Translations under genes and position numbers: made by a program
Shown here: positions 1-10,316 of the stretch, one piece after another
How positions within the stretch are numbered: position 1 is the first letter of the stretch
Layout of the letters: every line of letters starts with the position of its first letter
The notes under the pieces: model-generated
Seen by the model: only the letters and a program-made list of their open reading frames with translations
Database searches by the model: none
Told to the model about the DNA's origin: nothing
Sequence record: SRR20825019_2119
Length of the DNA stretch: 47,697 nt
Reading direction: 5' to 3' (one strand)

Positions 1-1
1 C

Positions 2-520
2 CAGCGCCAGCGCATCGGCATTGCCCGGGCCATTGCGCTGGAACCGGACCTCGTCATTTGCGACGAACCGATCTCGGCGCTCGATGTGTCGGTGCAGGCG
101 CAGGTCGTCAACATGCTCGAGGATCTGCAGGCCGAGCTGGGGCTGACCTATCTGTTCATCACCCATGACCTCAGCATGGTCCGGCATATTTCGGACCGGA
201 TCGGGGTGATGTATCTGGGCCGGATCGTCGAGCTTGCCTCCAGCGCCGATCTCTATCACCGCCCCAGCCATCCCTATACGCGGGCGCTGCTCTCGGCCAT
301 TCCGGTGCCCGACCCGGAGGCGGCGCGCGCGGTCGAGCCGATGCAGGGCGAAATACCCAGCCCAATCGATATTCCCTCGGGCTGCCGTTTCCGGACGCGC
401 TGCCCGATGGCCACAGATCTCTGCGCGCGGGTCGATCCGCCGCTGACAGATGTTGGCGGTGGACATTTGTCCGCATGCCACTTCGCCGGGGAACTGGCGC
501 AACAATCCACCGGGGCATAG
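2..520 (+). CDS. Oligopeptide/dipeptide ABC transporter ATP-binding protein (OppF/DppF-like), 5'-truncated by window edge
   Basis: Frame from nt 2 reads [34 protein letters not shown] (Walker B/D-loop), H-loop ITHDL and C-terminal HPYT...GCRFRTRCP...ACH oligopeptide-ABC tail. Confidence 0.93.
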   Translation, partial: QRQRIGIARAIALEPDLVICDEPISALDVSVQAQVVNMLEDLQAELGLTYLFITHDLSMVRHISDRIGVMYLGRIVELASSADLYHRPSHPYTRALLSAIPVPDPEAARAVEPMQGEIPSPIDIPSGCRFRTRCPMATDLCARVDPPLTDVGGGHLSACHFAGELAQQSTGA

Positions 521-547
521 AATCCCCGACAACAGGAGAGAACGCGA

Positions 548-2128
548 ATGAAGAAGATGGTTCTGCCGCTGATGACAGCGGCCTTGCTGGGCAGCACGGG
601 CGCGGCCCTTGCCGCCGGCGAATTGACCTATGTGGTCAACAATGAAAGCGCCAAATACGATCCCGGCACCACCGCCGAGACTTTTGCCGCCCCGATTATC
701 GGCAATACATTCGAGGGCCTGGTGCGCCTCGACGCCGAAGGCGAAGTGGTTCCGGCCCTGGCCGAAAGCTGGGACATTTCGGACGACGGCCTCACCTATA
801 CCTTCACCCTGCGCGACGCGCTGTGGTCGGACGGTGAGCCGGTCAAGGCTTCTGATTTCGTCTATGCCTGGAAGCGCGTGCTCGATCCGGCTTCGGGCGC
901 GATGAACTCGCAGATGCTCTATCACATCGTGGGCGCCGAAGAGGCCTTTGGCGGTGGTGATGCCGAGGCCATCGCGATTTCGGCTCCCGATGACAAGACG
1001 CTGACCTTCACGCTCAAGCAGCGCGTGCCCTACATGCTGCAATTGCTCAACTACCCGACCTTCTATCCGGTCCGCGAAGACGTCGTCTCCGCCGATCCGG
1101 AAGGCTGGACCCGCGATCCGGCGACCTTTATCGGCACCGGCCCGTTCCGCGTCACCGAGTTCAATCAGGGCGAGTCGGTGGTGTTCGAGAAGAACCCGAA
1201 CTACTACGCGGCCGACGAAGTGAGCCTCGACAAGCTGACGTTCCGCCTGATCCCGGATCCGGCAACGGCGCTTGCCGCGATGGAAGCGGGCGACGTGGAC
1301 GGCATCGAGGCGGTTCCGGCCCCGGAAATTCCGCGTCTTTCGGTGGAATCGGACGCCTTCATGATCGTGCCGGCGCTGGGCACCACCTACGCCTTCTTCA
1401 ACCCGAACCAGGCGCCGCTCGACAATCTGCATGTGCGCAAGGCCCTTTCGATGGCCATTGACCGCTCGGAGATCATCGAGTTCGTTCTGCAGTCGGCTGA
1501 CACCCCCGCCCTCGGACTCGTGCCCCCGGGCATGGGCCTGGCCGGCGAAGACTTCACCGATGGTCGCGACACTTTCGGTCTTTCGGAAACCGCAGACATT
1601 GAGGGCGCTCAGGCCGAACTGGCCGAAGCCGGCTATCCCAATGGCGAAGGCTTCCCCGAAACCCTGTTCGTGACCTATTCCTCGCCGCCGATCGAAAAGC
1701 TGCTCGAAGCCATTCAGCAGATGTGGAAGGAAAACCTCAATATCGACGTCGCCATCCAGGCGACCGAGTGGCAGGTTTATTATCCGGAAGTCCAGAAGGT
1801 CGAGTATCAGGTCGCCCAGATGGGTTGGGGCGCTGACTACCCGCACCCGATGACTTTCCTCGACAATTTCGTGTCGGGCAGCGCCAACAACCTCAACAAC
1901 TGGTCCAATGCGGATTACGACGCCGCGATTGAAACCGCCAAGTCCGCTTCGGACGAGGCCGTGTCACGTGACGCCATGCGGGAAGCCGAGGCCATTCTGA
2001 TGAATGACCACGTCATCCTGCCGCAATATCATCGCTACAACTATATGATGATGAGCCCGGACGTGACCGGGTTCTGGCGCTCGCCGCTCAACGTGCCCTA
2101 TTTCCGCGACGCGGAAATCGCCGAGTAA
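548..2128 (+). CDS. Peptide ABC transporter substrate-binding protein (OppA family 5)
   Basis: Signal peptide ending ALA; FEGLVR, LAESWDISDDGLTYTFTLR, GTGPF, GWGADYP motifs; SD AGGAG upstream. Confidence 0.92.
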   Translation: MKKMVLPLMTAALLGSTGAALAAGELTYVVNNESAKYDPGTTAETFAAPIIGNTFEGLVRLDAEGEVVPALAESWDISDDGLTYTFTLRDALWSDGEPVKASDFVYAWKRVLDPASGAMNSQMLYHIVGAEEAFGGGDAEAIAISAPDDKTLTFTLKQRVPYMLQLLNYPTFYPVREDVVSADPEGWTRDPATFIGTGPFRVTEFNQGESVVFEKNPNYYAADEVSLDKLTFRLIPDPATALAAMEAGDVDGIEAVPAPEIPRLSVESDAFMIVPALGTTYAFFNPNQAPLDNLHVRKALSMAIDRSEIIEFVLQSADTPALGLVPPGMGLAGEDFTDGRDTFGLSETADIEGAQAELAEAGYPNGEGFPETLFVTYSSPPIEKLLEAIQQMWKENLNIDVAIQATEWQVYYPEVQKVEYQVAQMGWGADYPHPMTFLDNFVSGSANNLNNWSNADYDAAIETAKSASDEAVSRDAMREAEAILMNDHVILPQYHRYNYMMMSPDVTGFWRSPLNVPYFRDAEIAE

Positions 2129-2146
2129 GCGGCCACACAAAAAAGC

Positions 2147-2184
2147 AAAAAGGCCCGCGGGATTGCTCCTGCGGGCCTTTTTTT
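2147..2184. terminator. Bidirectional rho-independent terminator between convergent SBP gene and putA
   Basis: AAAAA-GGCCCGCGGGA-ttgc-TCCTGCGGGCC-TTTTTTT: GC stem with A-tract before and T-tract after. Confidence 0.9.
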
Positions 2185-2196
2185 GTGTCAGTGACG

Positions 2197-5100
2197 TCAG
2201 ACCGCCGCTGCCATCAGGGAGGCATTGCCACCGGCGGCGGTCGTGTCGATGCAGACATGGCGTTCAAGCTGCAGGCGGGCGATGTCGCCCCGGCCTGTCA
2301 GGATCGGCAGCAACGCACCATCGCGCTGGCTGAGCGCCAGGCGCAGGGATTTAAGGGTCTGTTCGTCGCCGAACCAGGCAATGGCACCTAAACCTTCGCC
2401 CGTGCGCAGATAACCGAGATCAATTTCCCGCGCGTCGAACCGGCAACCCGTCTCTTCGGCCATCGCAATTTGAGTGGCCACGTCTTCCGCCGCTGGTCCG
2501 AGGCAGAGCAGCGTGCCGCGTGGCGCCACATGGAGGCAATTGCTTTCGCCTGTGGGACCCGGCAGCTCCAGCGCCGCGTGCTGCGGCCTGGTATCAGTAT
2601 GCGTGAAGCGCGGCAGATAGTGCGGACCTCCGGCCTTGGGCCCGGTCCCTGACAGTCCTTCGCCGCCAAAGGGCTGGCTGCCGACGACGGCACCGATCTG
2701 GTTGCGGTTCACATAGATGTTGCCGACATGGACCGTGTTCGCCAGCCGCTTCACCCGCGAGGAGATTCGGGTGTGCATGCCAAAGGTCAGGCCGTAGCCG
2801 GACGCATTGATGGCCGAAATGACCTTGCCCAGCTCGTCGCCCTTGAATGTCGCGACATGCAGGACCGGCCCGAAGATTTCCTCGGGCATGTCCTCGATAC
2901 CCTTCACCTTCAGGACCGTGGGCGCGACGAATGTGCCGCCTTCGGGCGCTTCCAGGCGATGCATCACGCTGTCCGTTCGCGCTTCAATGTAAGCCGAGAT
3001 CTTGTCCCGGGCCGCAGCATCGATGATCGGTCCGACATCGGTCTTGAGAGCCCAGGGATTGCCGAGGGCGAGTTCGTCCATGGCGCCCTTGAGCATCTCC
3101 ATTGTTCGTTCATACGCATCCTCCTGGACATAGAGGATGCGCAGCGCCGAGCAACGTTGACCGGCCGATTGGAAGGCCGAGGCGATGATGTCGCGCACCG
3201 CCTGCTCGGTCAGCGCAGTGGTATCCACCACCATGGCGTTGAGACCGCCGGTCTCCGCAATAAGCGGCGCATAGGGCGAGAGATGCTTGGCCATGGCCTG
3301 TTCGATGCGCCGCGCGGTCGGCAAGGAACCCGTGAAGGCCACTCCGGCAATTGCGGCGTTGGACGTCAGTTGTGCCCCCACCTCCGGTCCGCCGGGCAAA
3401 AGCTGCACGGCATCTTCGGGCAACCCGGCCTGGTGCATCAATTGCACGGCGCGCCAGGCAATGAGTGGCGTCTGCGGCGCCGGCTTGGCCAGGACCGGAT
3501 TGCCGGCCACCAGCGCCGCTGCAACCTGTCCGGTGAAAATGGCGAGCGGGAAATTCCAGGGCGAAATGCAGACAAAGGGGCCTCGGGCCGGGGCCGTCAG
3601 CTTTTGCGCTTCGTCGGCGTAATAGCGCAGGAAATCAACCGCCTCGCGCAGCTCGGCGACCGCATCGGCCCAGCTCTTGCCGGCCTCTCTGGCCAGAAGG
3701 GCGAAGAACTCGGCCGAATTGGCCTCATAGAGGTCCGCCGTGCGCCGTAGCATGGCAGCGCGCTCGGCGACCGGCACGTCGCTCCACCGCGACCTGCCCG
3801 CCGCTGCGATGGCCTGCTGCACCTGTGCCTCGGACGCCTGCAACACCGCACCAACCGTGTCGGTATGGTCGGCGGGATTGGTAACCACTGTCAGGGCGCC
3901 GTCACCCGCGTCCATCGCACCCAAGCTGGTGGCGTGCCAGTGATGCGTTGCGAAGGCGTTGCGGGCCGTCTCCATGGCCCCGAAGGCCACGGGGTCTGTC
4001 AGGTCGAGGCCTTCGGAATTGCGGCGATTCCCAAAGATCGCCGAAGGCGCCGGAATGGCCGGGTTTGGGATGGCGTCGCCCAGTGCCAGCAGCTTGTGGA
4101 TCGGATCCTCGGCCACCGTCTCGGCCGGAATGTCGTCATCGGCAATCTGATAGACGAAAGAGCCATTGGCCCCGTTCTCCAGCAGGCGCCGCACCAGATA
4201 GGCCAGCAGATCCTTGTGTGCACCCACTGGTGCGTAGATGCGCGTGGTCGTTCCTTCGGACTTGCGCAGCACATCGTGCAATTGCTCGCCCATGCCGTGC
4301 AGCCGCTGGAATTCATAACTGTCCTTGCCCCGGCTCGTCTGGGCCGCCAAATGCAGGACGGCGGCGGCGGTATGGGCGTTGTGGGTCGCAAATTGCGGGT
4401 AGATATGTTCGGCGTCAAACAGCCTCCGGGCAGCAGCGATATAGCTCACATCGGTCGCTGCCTTGCGGGTAAAGAGCGGATATCCCGGCAGGCCCATGAC
4501 TTGCGCGCGCTTGATCTCGGCGTCCCAATAGGCGCCCTTGACCAGCCGCACCATGATCCGGCGATCCAGCCGGGCGGCGGTTTCCTCCAGCCAGTCGATC
4601 AGCGGCAGGACGCGCTTGCCATAGGCCTGCACCACTACGCCAAAGCCGTTCCAGTCGGCCAGTTCGGGCGTTTCGAGCACAGCTTCGATCACGTCGAGCG
4701 AGAGGTCGAGCCGGTCGGCCTCCTCAGCGTCGATGTTGAAGCCCATATTGGCCTTGGCCGCGACCATAGCGAGCTGACGAGTGACCTCGACCAGTTCGGT
4801 CATCACGCGCTCGCGCTGGGCAAATTCATAACGCGGGTGCAAGGCACTGAGCTTGACCGATATTCCGGGATTGTCGCGCACCGAGCCGTGAATGCAATGC
4901 GGTGCCAAGGCGTTGATGGCGTTGAGATAGGCCTGGAAATAGCGCTGCGCGTCATCGGCGGTGCGGGCCGCCTCGCCGAGCATGTCGTAGGAATAGCGAT
5001 AGCCCATGGCCTCGGGCTTTTTGGCATGCACTACGGCTTCGTCGATGGTGCGACCGAAGACGAACTGGCTGCCCATCAGGCGCATGGCATGGCTGACGGC

Positions 5101-5568
5101 AGTACGAATGACTGGTTCACCCAGCCGCGCCACGGCCCGGTGCAATGCCGATTTCGGGGCGATTTCGGGGTCGCCCAAAACTTCGGCTGTCAGGTTCAGC
5201 GCCCAGGACGAGAAATTGACCAGGGGGCTCTCGGAGCCACCGAAGTGGCGGGCCCAGTCGGCACCGCCGATCTTGTCGTGGATCAGATCATCGACTGTCT
5301 CGCTATCGGGCACCCGTAGAAGCGCTTCAGCCAGAGACATCAGCGCCAGGCCTTCCTCGCTGTCCAGACCATATTCGGCCAGGAAGCTCTCCATCAGGCC
5401 TAACTTGGTGCTGTTGCGCACCGCCTCGACGAGCTCGACTGCGCGTTTCGATATCTGGTCGCGGGCGGTTCGGTCGAGTCCGGCCTGACCGATCAGATCC
5501 CGGACGAGCGTAGTTTCGTCGGCGTTGAGCCGGGCGCGGAGCAATTGGCGAGGCGAGGTCTGTGGCAT
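2197..5568 (-). CDS. putA: Bifunctional proline dehydrogenase / L-glutamate gamma-semialdehyde dehydrogenase PutA
   Basis: SYDMLGEAA, ISVKLSALHPRY, VRLVKGAYWD, FQRLHGMGE, LVRRLLENGAN (PRODH); AETGG, SAGQRCSA, EEIFGP (ALDH); C-terminal TTAAGGNASL. Confidence 0.97.
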   Translation of the reverse strand: MPQTSPRQLLRARLNADETTLVRDLIGQAGLDRTARDQISKRAVELVEAVRNSTKLGLMESFLAEYGLDSEEGLALMSLAEALLRVPDSETVDDLIHDKIGGADWARHFGGSESPLVNFSSWALNLTAEVLGDPEIAPKSALHRAVARLGEPVIRTAVSHAMRLMGSQFVFGRTIDEAVVHAKKPEAMGYRYSYDMLGEAARTADDAQRYFQAYLNAINALAPHCIHGSVRDNPGISVKLSALHPRYEFAQRERVMTELVEVTRQLAMVAAKANMGFNIDAEEADRLDLSLDVIEAVLETPELADWNGFGVVVQAYGKRVLPLIDWLEETAARLDRRIMVRLVKGAYWDAEIKRAQVMGLPGYPLFTRKAATDVSYIAAARRLFDAEHIYPQFATHNAHTAAAVLHLAAQTSRGKDSYEFQRLHGMGEQLHDVLRKSEGTTTRIYAPVGAHKDLLAYLVRRLLENGANGSFVYQIADDDIPAETVAEDPIHKLLALGDAIPNPAIPAPSAIFGNRRNSEGLDLTDPVAFGAMETARNAFATHHWHATSLGAMDAGDGALTVVTNPADHTDTVGAVLQASEAQVQQAIAAAGRSRWSDVPVAERAAMLRRTADLYEANSAEFFALLAREAGKSWADAVAELREAVDFLRYYADEAQKLTAPARGPFVCISPWNFPLAIFTGQVAAALVAGNPVLAKPAPQTPLIAWRAVQLMHQAGLPEDAVQLLPGGPEVGAQLTSNAAIAGVAFTGSLPTARRIEQAMAKHLSPYAPLIAETGGLNAMVVDTTALTEQAVRDIIASAFQSAGQRCSALRILYVQEDAYERTMEMLKGAMDELALGNPWALKTDVGPIIDAAARDKISAYIEARTDSVMHRLEAPEGGTFVAPTVLKVKGIEDMPEEIFGPVLHVATFKGDELGKVISAINASGYGLTFGMHTRISSRVKRLANTVHVGNIYVNRNQIGAVVGSQPFGGEGLSGTGPKAGGPHYLPRFTHTDTRPQHAALELPGPTGESNCLHVAPRGTLLCLGPAAEDVATQIAMAEETGCRFDAREIDLGYLRTGEGLGAIAWFGDEQTLKSLRLALSQRDGALLPILTGRGDIARLQLERHVCIDTTAAGGNASLMAAAV

Positions 5569-5689
5569 AACCGGTCAATCCTGATGTTCATGCCCATGAT
5601 GCCAGAAGCGCTTTGGCCGTTTCGCCTGATCTGCTATGTAATTGCAGTCAATTGGAACATCACAGCATCGCATTCAGAGAGAAACGCCT

Positions 5690-6157
5690 ATGAAATTTCC
5701 CTCTGGCAGTCCATTGGACCAGATCGATCGTCGCATCATCAACGAACTGGCCAGCAATGGACGGATCAGCGTTGCGGAATTGAGCCGGCGGGTCAATCTG
5801 TCCAAAACGCCCTGCCAGGCCCGAATTCGGCGACTGGAGCAGGAAGGCTATATCCTGGGCTATCGGGCCGTGATCGACCCGACGCGTTTGGGCCTGCCGC
5901 ATGTGGCCTTTGTGGAAGTGCGCCTGAGCGACACGCGCAAGGCGGCGCTGGACGCATTCAACAAGGCGGTGCGCGCCCTGCCCGAGGTCGAGCAGGCGCA
6001 TATGATCGCATCGAGCTTTGACTATCTGCTCAAGGTCCGCACCAAGGATATCGCCGCCTATCGGGAGGTGCTGGGCGAGAAAATCTCGGCCCTGCCGCAT
6101 GTCGCGCACACCTCCACCCATGTTTCCATGGAAGCGGTCAAGGACGACGCGGAATAG
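5690..6157 (+). CDS. putR: Lrp/AsnC family regulator, PutR-like, divergent from putA
   Basis: LDQIDRRII...LSKTPCQARIRRLEQEGYILGY HTH and FDYLLKV; divergent putA-Lrp arrangement is established in alphaproteobacteria. Confidence 0.85.
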   Translation: MKFPSGSPLDQIDRRIINELASNGRISVAELSRRVNLSKTPCQARIRRLEQEGYILGYRAVIDPTRLGLPHVAFVEVRLSDTRKAALDAFNKAVRALPEVEQAHMIASSFDYLLKVRTKDIAAYREVLGEKISALPHVAHTSTHVSMEAVKDDAE

Positions 6158-6221
6158 TCACGTCTTGCCAGGCGGGCGAGGCTCTGCCATTCCGGAAGGG
6201 GGCATCGGTGCGGGGGCAGCC

Positions 6222-6950
6222 ATGAAAATCATACTTGTCGTTGGGATTGGAACGGGCAGCGCCGAGCATCTGACAATCGCCGCGATCGACGCCCTCAACC
6301 GGGCCGATGTGCTTTTCATCCCGGACAAGGGCGCCAGCAAATCCGATCTGGCCGATGTCCGGCGGAACATCATTGCCCGCCATGTGCTCAAACCGGATCC
6401 GCGCCAGATCGGCTACGCCGTGCCCAGACGCGACGCGCAGAGCGCAGACTATGGTCACGGCGTCGCCCATTGGCACCAGGCGCTTGCCGATATCTACGCA
6501 ATGCTGATTTCCGATGTTCCCGAGAATGGCACCGGGGCCTTTCTGGTCTGGGGCGATCCTGGGCTCTACGATTCCACGCTGCGCATTCTCTCCCATGTTT
6601 CCGAGCCGATCCGGATCGAAGTCATTCCGGGCATTACCGCGATTCAGGCCCTGACGGCCGCCCACGGCATTGCCCTTAACCGCATTGGCGAGCCGGTCCT
6701 GATCACGCCGGGCCGCAAGCTTGGCGCCATCACAACTGACACAGTGGTGTTGCTGGATGGGCAGATGGCGTTTCGCGATGCAGACCCCAATCTCGAAATC
6801 TTCTGGGGTGCCTATCTTGGCACTCCCGACGAGATCCTGATCGCCGGGCGACTGGGCGATGTGCGCGAAACCATTATCAACACGCGTGCTCTTGCCCGTG
6901 AGCGCCATGGCTGGATCATGGATACCTATCTTCTGCGCAGGCCGGAGTAG
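6222..6950 (+). CDS. cobF: Precorrin-6A synthase (deacetylating) CobF
   Basis: ILVVGIGTG, FLVWGDPGLYDST, VIPGITA, IFWGAYLGTPDE, HGWIMDTYLLR. Confidence 0.92.
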   Translation: MKIILVVGIGTGSAEHLTIAAIDALNRADVLFIPDKGASKSDLADVRRNIIARHVLKPDPRQIGYAVPRRDAQSADYGHGVAHWHQALADIYAMLISDVPENGTGAFLVWGDPGLYDSTLRILSHVSEPIRIEVIPGITAIQALTAAHGIALNRIGEPVLITPGRKLGAITTDTVVLLDGQMAFRDADPNLEIFWGAYLGTPDEILIAGRLGDVRETIINTRALARERHGWIMDTYLLRRPE

Positions 6951-6983
6951 TGCTCCCAAACGCGGGCTGATAATGATGGGCGC

Positions 6984-8213
6984 ATGACTTCAGCACCATC
7001 GAGCAGCCCTCGCACATTGCTGACCGGGATTGTCGCGGGATCCGCTCGACGCGGCGCCTGCCCGAGCCTTTATGCCCCAATGCAAACCGGTGACGGACTA
7101 TTGGCGCGTGTCCGCATCGTTGGGGCCAGCCTGGCGCCCACAGACTTGGCCGCTCTGGCCAAACTGGCCGACCAGCATGGCAATGGTCTGATCGAGATCA
7201 CCGCGCGGGGCAATCTCCAGGTCCGCGGCCTGCGCCCCGACACGGCTTCCGCCTTCGCCGATGCCGTTGCTGCGCTGTTACCCATCGCAACCGTTCTCAG
7301 TATCGACATCTCGCCCATAGCGGGCGTCGACCCGAAGGAAATTGTCGATCCACGCCCGCTGGCCGAGGCCATTGGCGAGGGTGCCGCCGGAATGGCAGGC
7401 CGCCTGGGCCCCAAGGTCAGCGTGGTCGTCGATGGCGGTGGGCAGATATCGCTCAACCACCTCAAGGCCGATATCCGCCTCCTGGCTCAACCCGGCAATT
7501 CCTGGGCCGTGACACTGGGGGGCGGCAAGCCACAGCATACGGACGCCCAGGGCGCGGTGGCGACGGCATTGGCCGTGTTGGGCGCCCTTGCCGCAATCGG
7601 TCCCGAGGCACGCGCGACCGATTTGTTTCCAGGGCGAGAAAACAGCTCAAGCCCCGAGAACGCTTCGGGCCCTTCTCTATTTCCGGGAGCGTCGGGATCC
7701 AGGCGCTCCTGGTTTGACCTCATGCAAGGCCATAGCCGAGCCATAGCCCTGCCCTTCGGCGCGTCCCGCAGCGCCGATATCATCGCTCTGTGCGACGCCG
7801 CGATGGCGAGCAATGTCACAAGAATGCGGCTGGCGCCTGACCATGCCCTTCTGCTCGACAACGCACCCGACACACTGATTGCCCAGGCTGCCGAATTCGG
7901 CTTCATCACCGAAGCCGATGACCCGCGCAGCAGGGTCAGCGCCTGTATCGGCAGCAAAGGTTGTGCCTCGGGCCATATTGCGGCGCGCGACCTCGCGGCA
8001 CAGCTCGCACCCCGTCTGCCGACCGGCCAAACACTGCATGTTTCGGGGTGTTCGAAGGGCTGCGCCCATCCGCGCGCGGCTGATGTGTCCCTGGTCGGTC
8101 AGGCCGACGGGATTGGCCTTGTCTTTGGCGGCCGCGCGGGCGATACGCCTTCAAAGCTTCTGGATGCCGCAGCGCTTGGCGCCGGCGCTGTTCCTTTTCA
8201 GGGTGGGCGATGA
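6984..8213 (+). CDS. cobG: Precorrin-3B synthase CobG
   Basis: RRGACPSLYAPMQTGDGLLARVR, EITARGNLQVRG, Fe-S motifs ACIGSKGC and HVSGCSKGCAHP; cob context. Confidence 0.9.
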   Translation: MTSAPSSSPRTLLTGIVAGSARRGACPSLYAPMQTGDGLLARVRIVGASLAPTDLAALAKLADQHGNGLIEITARGNLQVRGLRPDTASAFADAVAALLPIATVLSIDISPIAGVDPKEIVDPRPLAEAIGEGAAGMAGRLGPKVSVVVDGGGQISLNHLKADIRLLAQPGNSWAVTLGGGKPQHTDAQGAVATALAVLGALAAIGPEARATDLFPGRENSSSPENASGPSLFPGASGSRRSWFDLMQGHSRAIALPFGASRSADIIALCDAAMASNVTRMRLAPDHALLLDNAPDTLIAQAAEFGFITEADDPRSRVSACIGSKGCASGHIAARDLAAQLAPRLPTGQTLHVSGCSKGCAHPRAADVSLVGQADGIGLVFGGRAGDTPSKLLDAAALGAGAVPFQGGR

Positions 8214-8842
8214 CCCAATATGACTATATCAAGGATGGTGAGAGCATTTACCGCCAGTCCTTTGCCATTATTCGCGCAGAGGCTGACTTAAGCCTGTTCG
8301 CCGATGACGAGGCCGAACTGGCGGTACGCATGATCCATGCTGCGGGTCAGGTCGAGGCAGCCGAGCATTTCGTCTTCAGCCCCGGATTTGTGACGGCGGC
8401 GCGGATCGCGCTCAATGCCGGCGCACCGATCCTGTGCGACGCCGAAATGGTGGCACGGGGCGTGACCGCCGCCCGGCTGCCGGCTGACAACGCAGTTATC
8501 TGCACCCTGCGCGATCCGCGCGTCCCGACCCTTGCTGCGCGCATTGGCAATACACGCTCCGCAGCGGCGCTGCATCTGTGGGACGAACAGCTCGAAGGCG
8601 CCGTCGTCGCCATTGGCAATGCTCCCACGGCGCTGTTTCACCTGCTCGAAATGCTGCGCGACGGGGCGCCCAGACCCGCCGCCATTCTGGGCATGCCGGT
8701 GGGCTTTGTCGGCGCCGCCGAATCCAAGGACGTCCTGGCCCACAATTCCTATGGCGTACCCTTTGCCATCGTACGCGGCCGACTGGGCGGCAGCGCCATT
8801 ACCGCCGCCTGCCTCAATGCCTTGGCGAGGCCGGGCCTGTGA
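8210..8842 (+). CDS. cobH: Precorrin-8X methylmutase CobH
   Basis: IYRQSFAIIRAE, TRSAAA, AIGNAPTAL, GMPVGFVGAAESK, GRLGGSA. Confidence 0.95.
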   Translation: MTQYDYIKDGESIYRQSFAIIRAEADLSLFADDEAELAVRMIHAAGQVEAAEHFVFSPGFVTAARIALNAGAPILCDAEMVARGVTAARLPADNAVICTLRDPRVPTLAARIGNTRSAAALHLWDEQLEGAVVAIGNAPTALFHLLEMLRDGAPRPAAILGMPVGFVGAAESKDVLAHNSYGVPFAIVRGRLGGSAITAACLNALARPGL

Positions 8843-9564
8843 GCGGCAAACTCTATGGCGTGGGCACCGGGCCGGGCGATCCGGACCTGCTGACGCTCAA
8901 GGCGGTCCGCGCAATTTCCGAAGCAGATGTCGTGGCTTACTTCGCCAAGCGCGGCAATGCGAGCAATGCAAGGGCGATTGCCGCGGCCCATTTCCGGCCA
9001 GGCCAGATCGAGGAAACACTGGATTATCCGGTGACCACCGAGATCGACCGGCGCGAGAATGGCTATAAGGACCAGATCGAAGCCTTCTATGCTGAGGCTG
9101 CGGGGCGCATTGCCTCCCACCTCGACGCCGGGCGGCGCGTTGCCGTTCTGAGCGAGGGGGATCCCTTGTTCTATGGCAGCTACATGCACCTGCATCTGCG
9201 CCTGGCCCCACGTTACGACACCGAGGTCATTCCCGGCATCACTGCGATGTCGGGCTGTTGGTCGGAGGCGGGGCTGCCCCTGGTGCAGGGAGACGACATC
9301 CTGACCGTCCTGCCCGGCACGCTGGACCAGGACGAACTTGCCCGGCGATTGGGCAATACCCAGGGCGCCGTCATCATGAAGCTCGGCCGTAACCTGCCAA
9401 AGGTCCGCGCGGCCCTGGCCGATGCCGGCCGGTTGGGCCAGGCGGTCTATGTCGAACGCGGCACGACTGCGAATGGCCACTCCATCCTTCTCGCCGACAA
9501 GGGTGATGATGTTGCGCCCTATTTCTCCCTGGTGCTGGTGCCAGGCTGGAACACCCGACCATGA
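8839..9564 (+). CDS. cobI: Precorrin-2 C20-methyltransferase CobI
   Basis: GTG start overlapping cobH stop (GTGA); LYGVGTGPGDPDLLTLKA, EGDPLFYGSYM, IMKLGRN, PYFSLVLVPG. Confidence 0.93.
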   Translation: MSGKLYGVGTGPGDPDLLTLKAVRAISEADVVAYFAKRGNASNARAIAAAHFRPGQIEETLDYPVTTEIDRRENGYKDQIEAFYAEAAGRIASHLDAGRRVAVLSEGDPLFYGSYMHLHLRLAPRYDTEVIPGITAMSGCWSEAGLPLVQGDDILTVLPGTLDQDELARRLGNTQGAVIMKLGRNLPKVRAALADAGRLGQAVYVERGTTANGHSILLADKGDDVAPYFSLVLVPGWNTRP

Positions 9565-10316
9565 CCGGCAAGCTCGTCATCATCGGCACCGGGCCGGGCA
9601 ATCCTGGTCAGATCACCCCGCAGGCGCGCGATGCGATCGCCGCCGGGGAACAGTTTTTTGGTTATGGCCCTTATCTCGACCGGCTGGACCTGCGCCCCGA
9701 CCAGCAGCGCATGCCTTCGGACAATCGCGAGGAGATCAGCCGGGCCCGCGCGGCGCTCGATGCGGCGTCGAAAGGGGCCACGGTCTGTGTGGTGTCGGGC
9801 GGCGATCCGGGCGTCTTCGCCATGGCCGCGGCCATCTGCGAGGCCATTGAGACGGGCCCTGAAACCTGGCGCCGGCTCGAGATTATCGTGCTGCCAGGTG
9901 TCACCGCCATGCTGGCCGTCGCAGCCCGCGCCGGGGCGCCGCTGGGCCATGATTTCTGTGCCATTTCGCTTTCGGACAATCTCAAGCCCTGGGAATTGAT
10001 CGAGCGCCGCCTGCGCGCCGTGGCCGAGGCGGGCCTGGTCATCGCGCTCTATAATCCGATCTCCAAGGCCCGCCCCTGGCAATTGGCCACCGCCTTCAAG
10101 ATCCTGCGCGAAGCGCTGCCGGTAACGACGCCGGTGATTTTCGGTCGGGCTGTGGGCCGTCCGGACGAGCATTTTGCAGTGGTTCCGCTCGGTGAAGCCG
10201 ATCAGCAAAGCGCCGACATGGCGACCTGCGTCATTATCGGATCGGCCGAAACGCGGGTCATCAAGCGGCCCGGCATGGACCCGCTGGTCTATTCGCCGCG
10301 CGGGGTGGGGATATGA
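9561..10316 (+). CDS. cobJ: Precorrin-3B C17-methyltransferase CobJ
   Basis: VSGGDPGVFAMA, GAPLGHDFCAISLSDNLKPW, LYNPISKARP, DMATCVIIGS, YSPRG. Confidence 0.95.
   Translation: MTGKLVIIGTGPGNPGQITPQARDAIAAGEQFFGYGPYLDRLDLRPDQQRMPSDNREEISRARAALDAASKGATVCVVSGGDPGVFAMAAAICEAIETGPETWRRLEIIVLPGVTAMLAVAARAGAPLGHDFCAISLSDNLKPWELIERRLRAVAEAGLVIALYNPISKARPWQLATAFKILREALPVTTPVIFGRAVGRPDEHFAVVPLGEADQQSADMATCVIIGSAETRVIKRPGMDPLVYSPRGVGI

Noticed and set aside
2728-5319. Long plus-strand ORFs antisense to putA (and similar ones opposite ABC genes, e.g. 24980-26338, 27722-29140)
   Set aside because: Shadow frames caused by codon bias of the real genes; no recognisable motifs
2197-5568. PutA shorter than E. 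coli or Sinorhizobium PutA, lacking the DNA-binding domain
   Set aside because: Bifunctional PutAs of about this size regulated by a separate PutR are known in alphaproteobacteria; not novel
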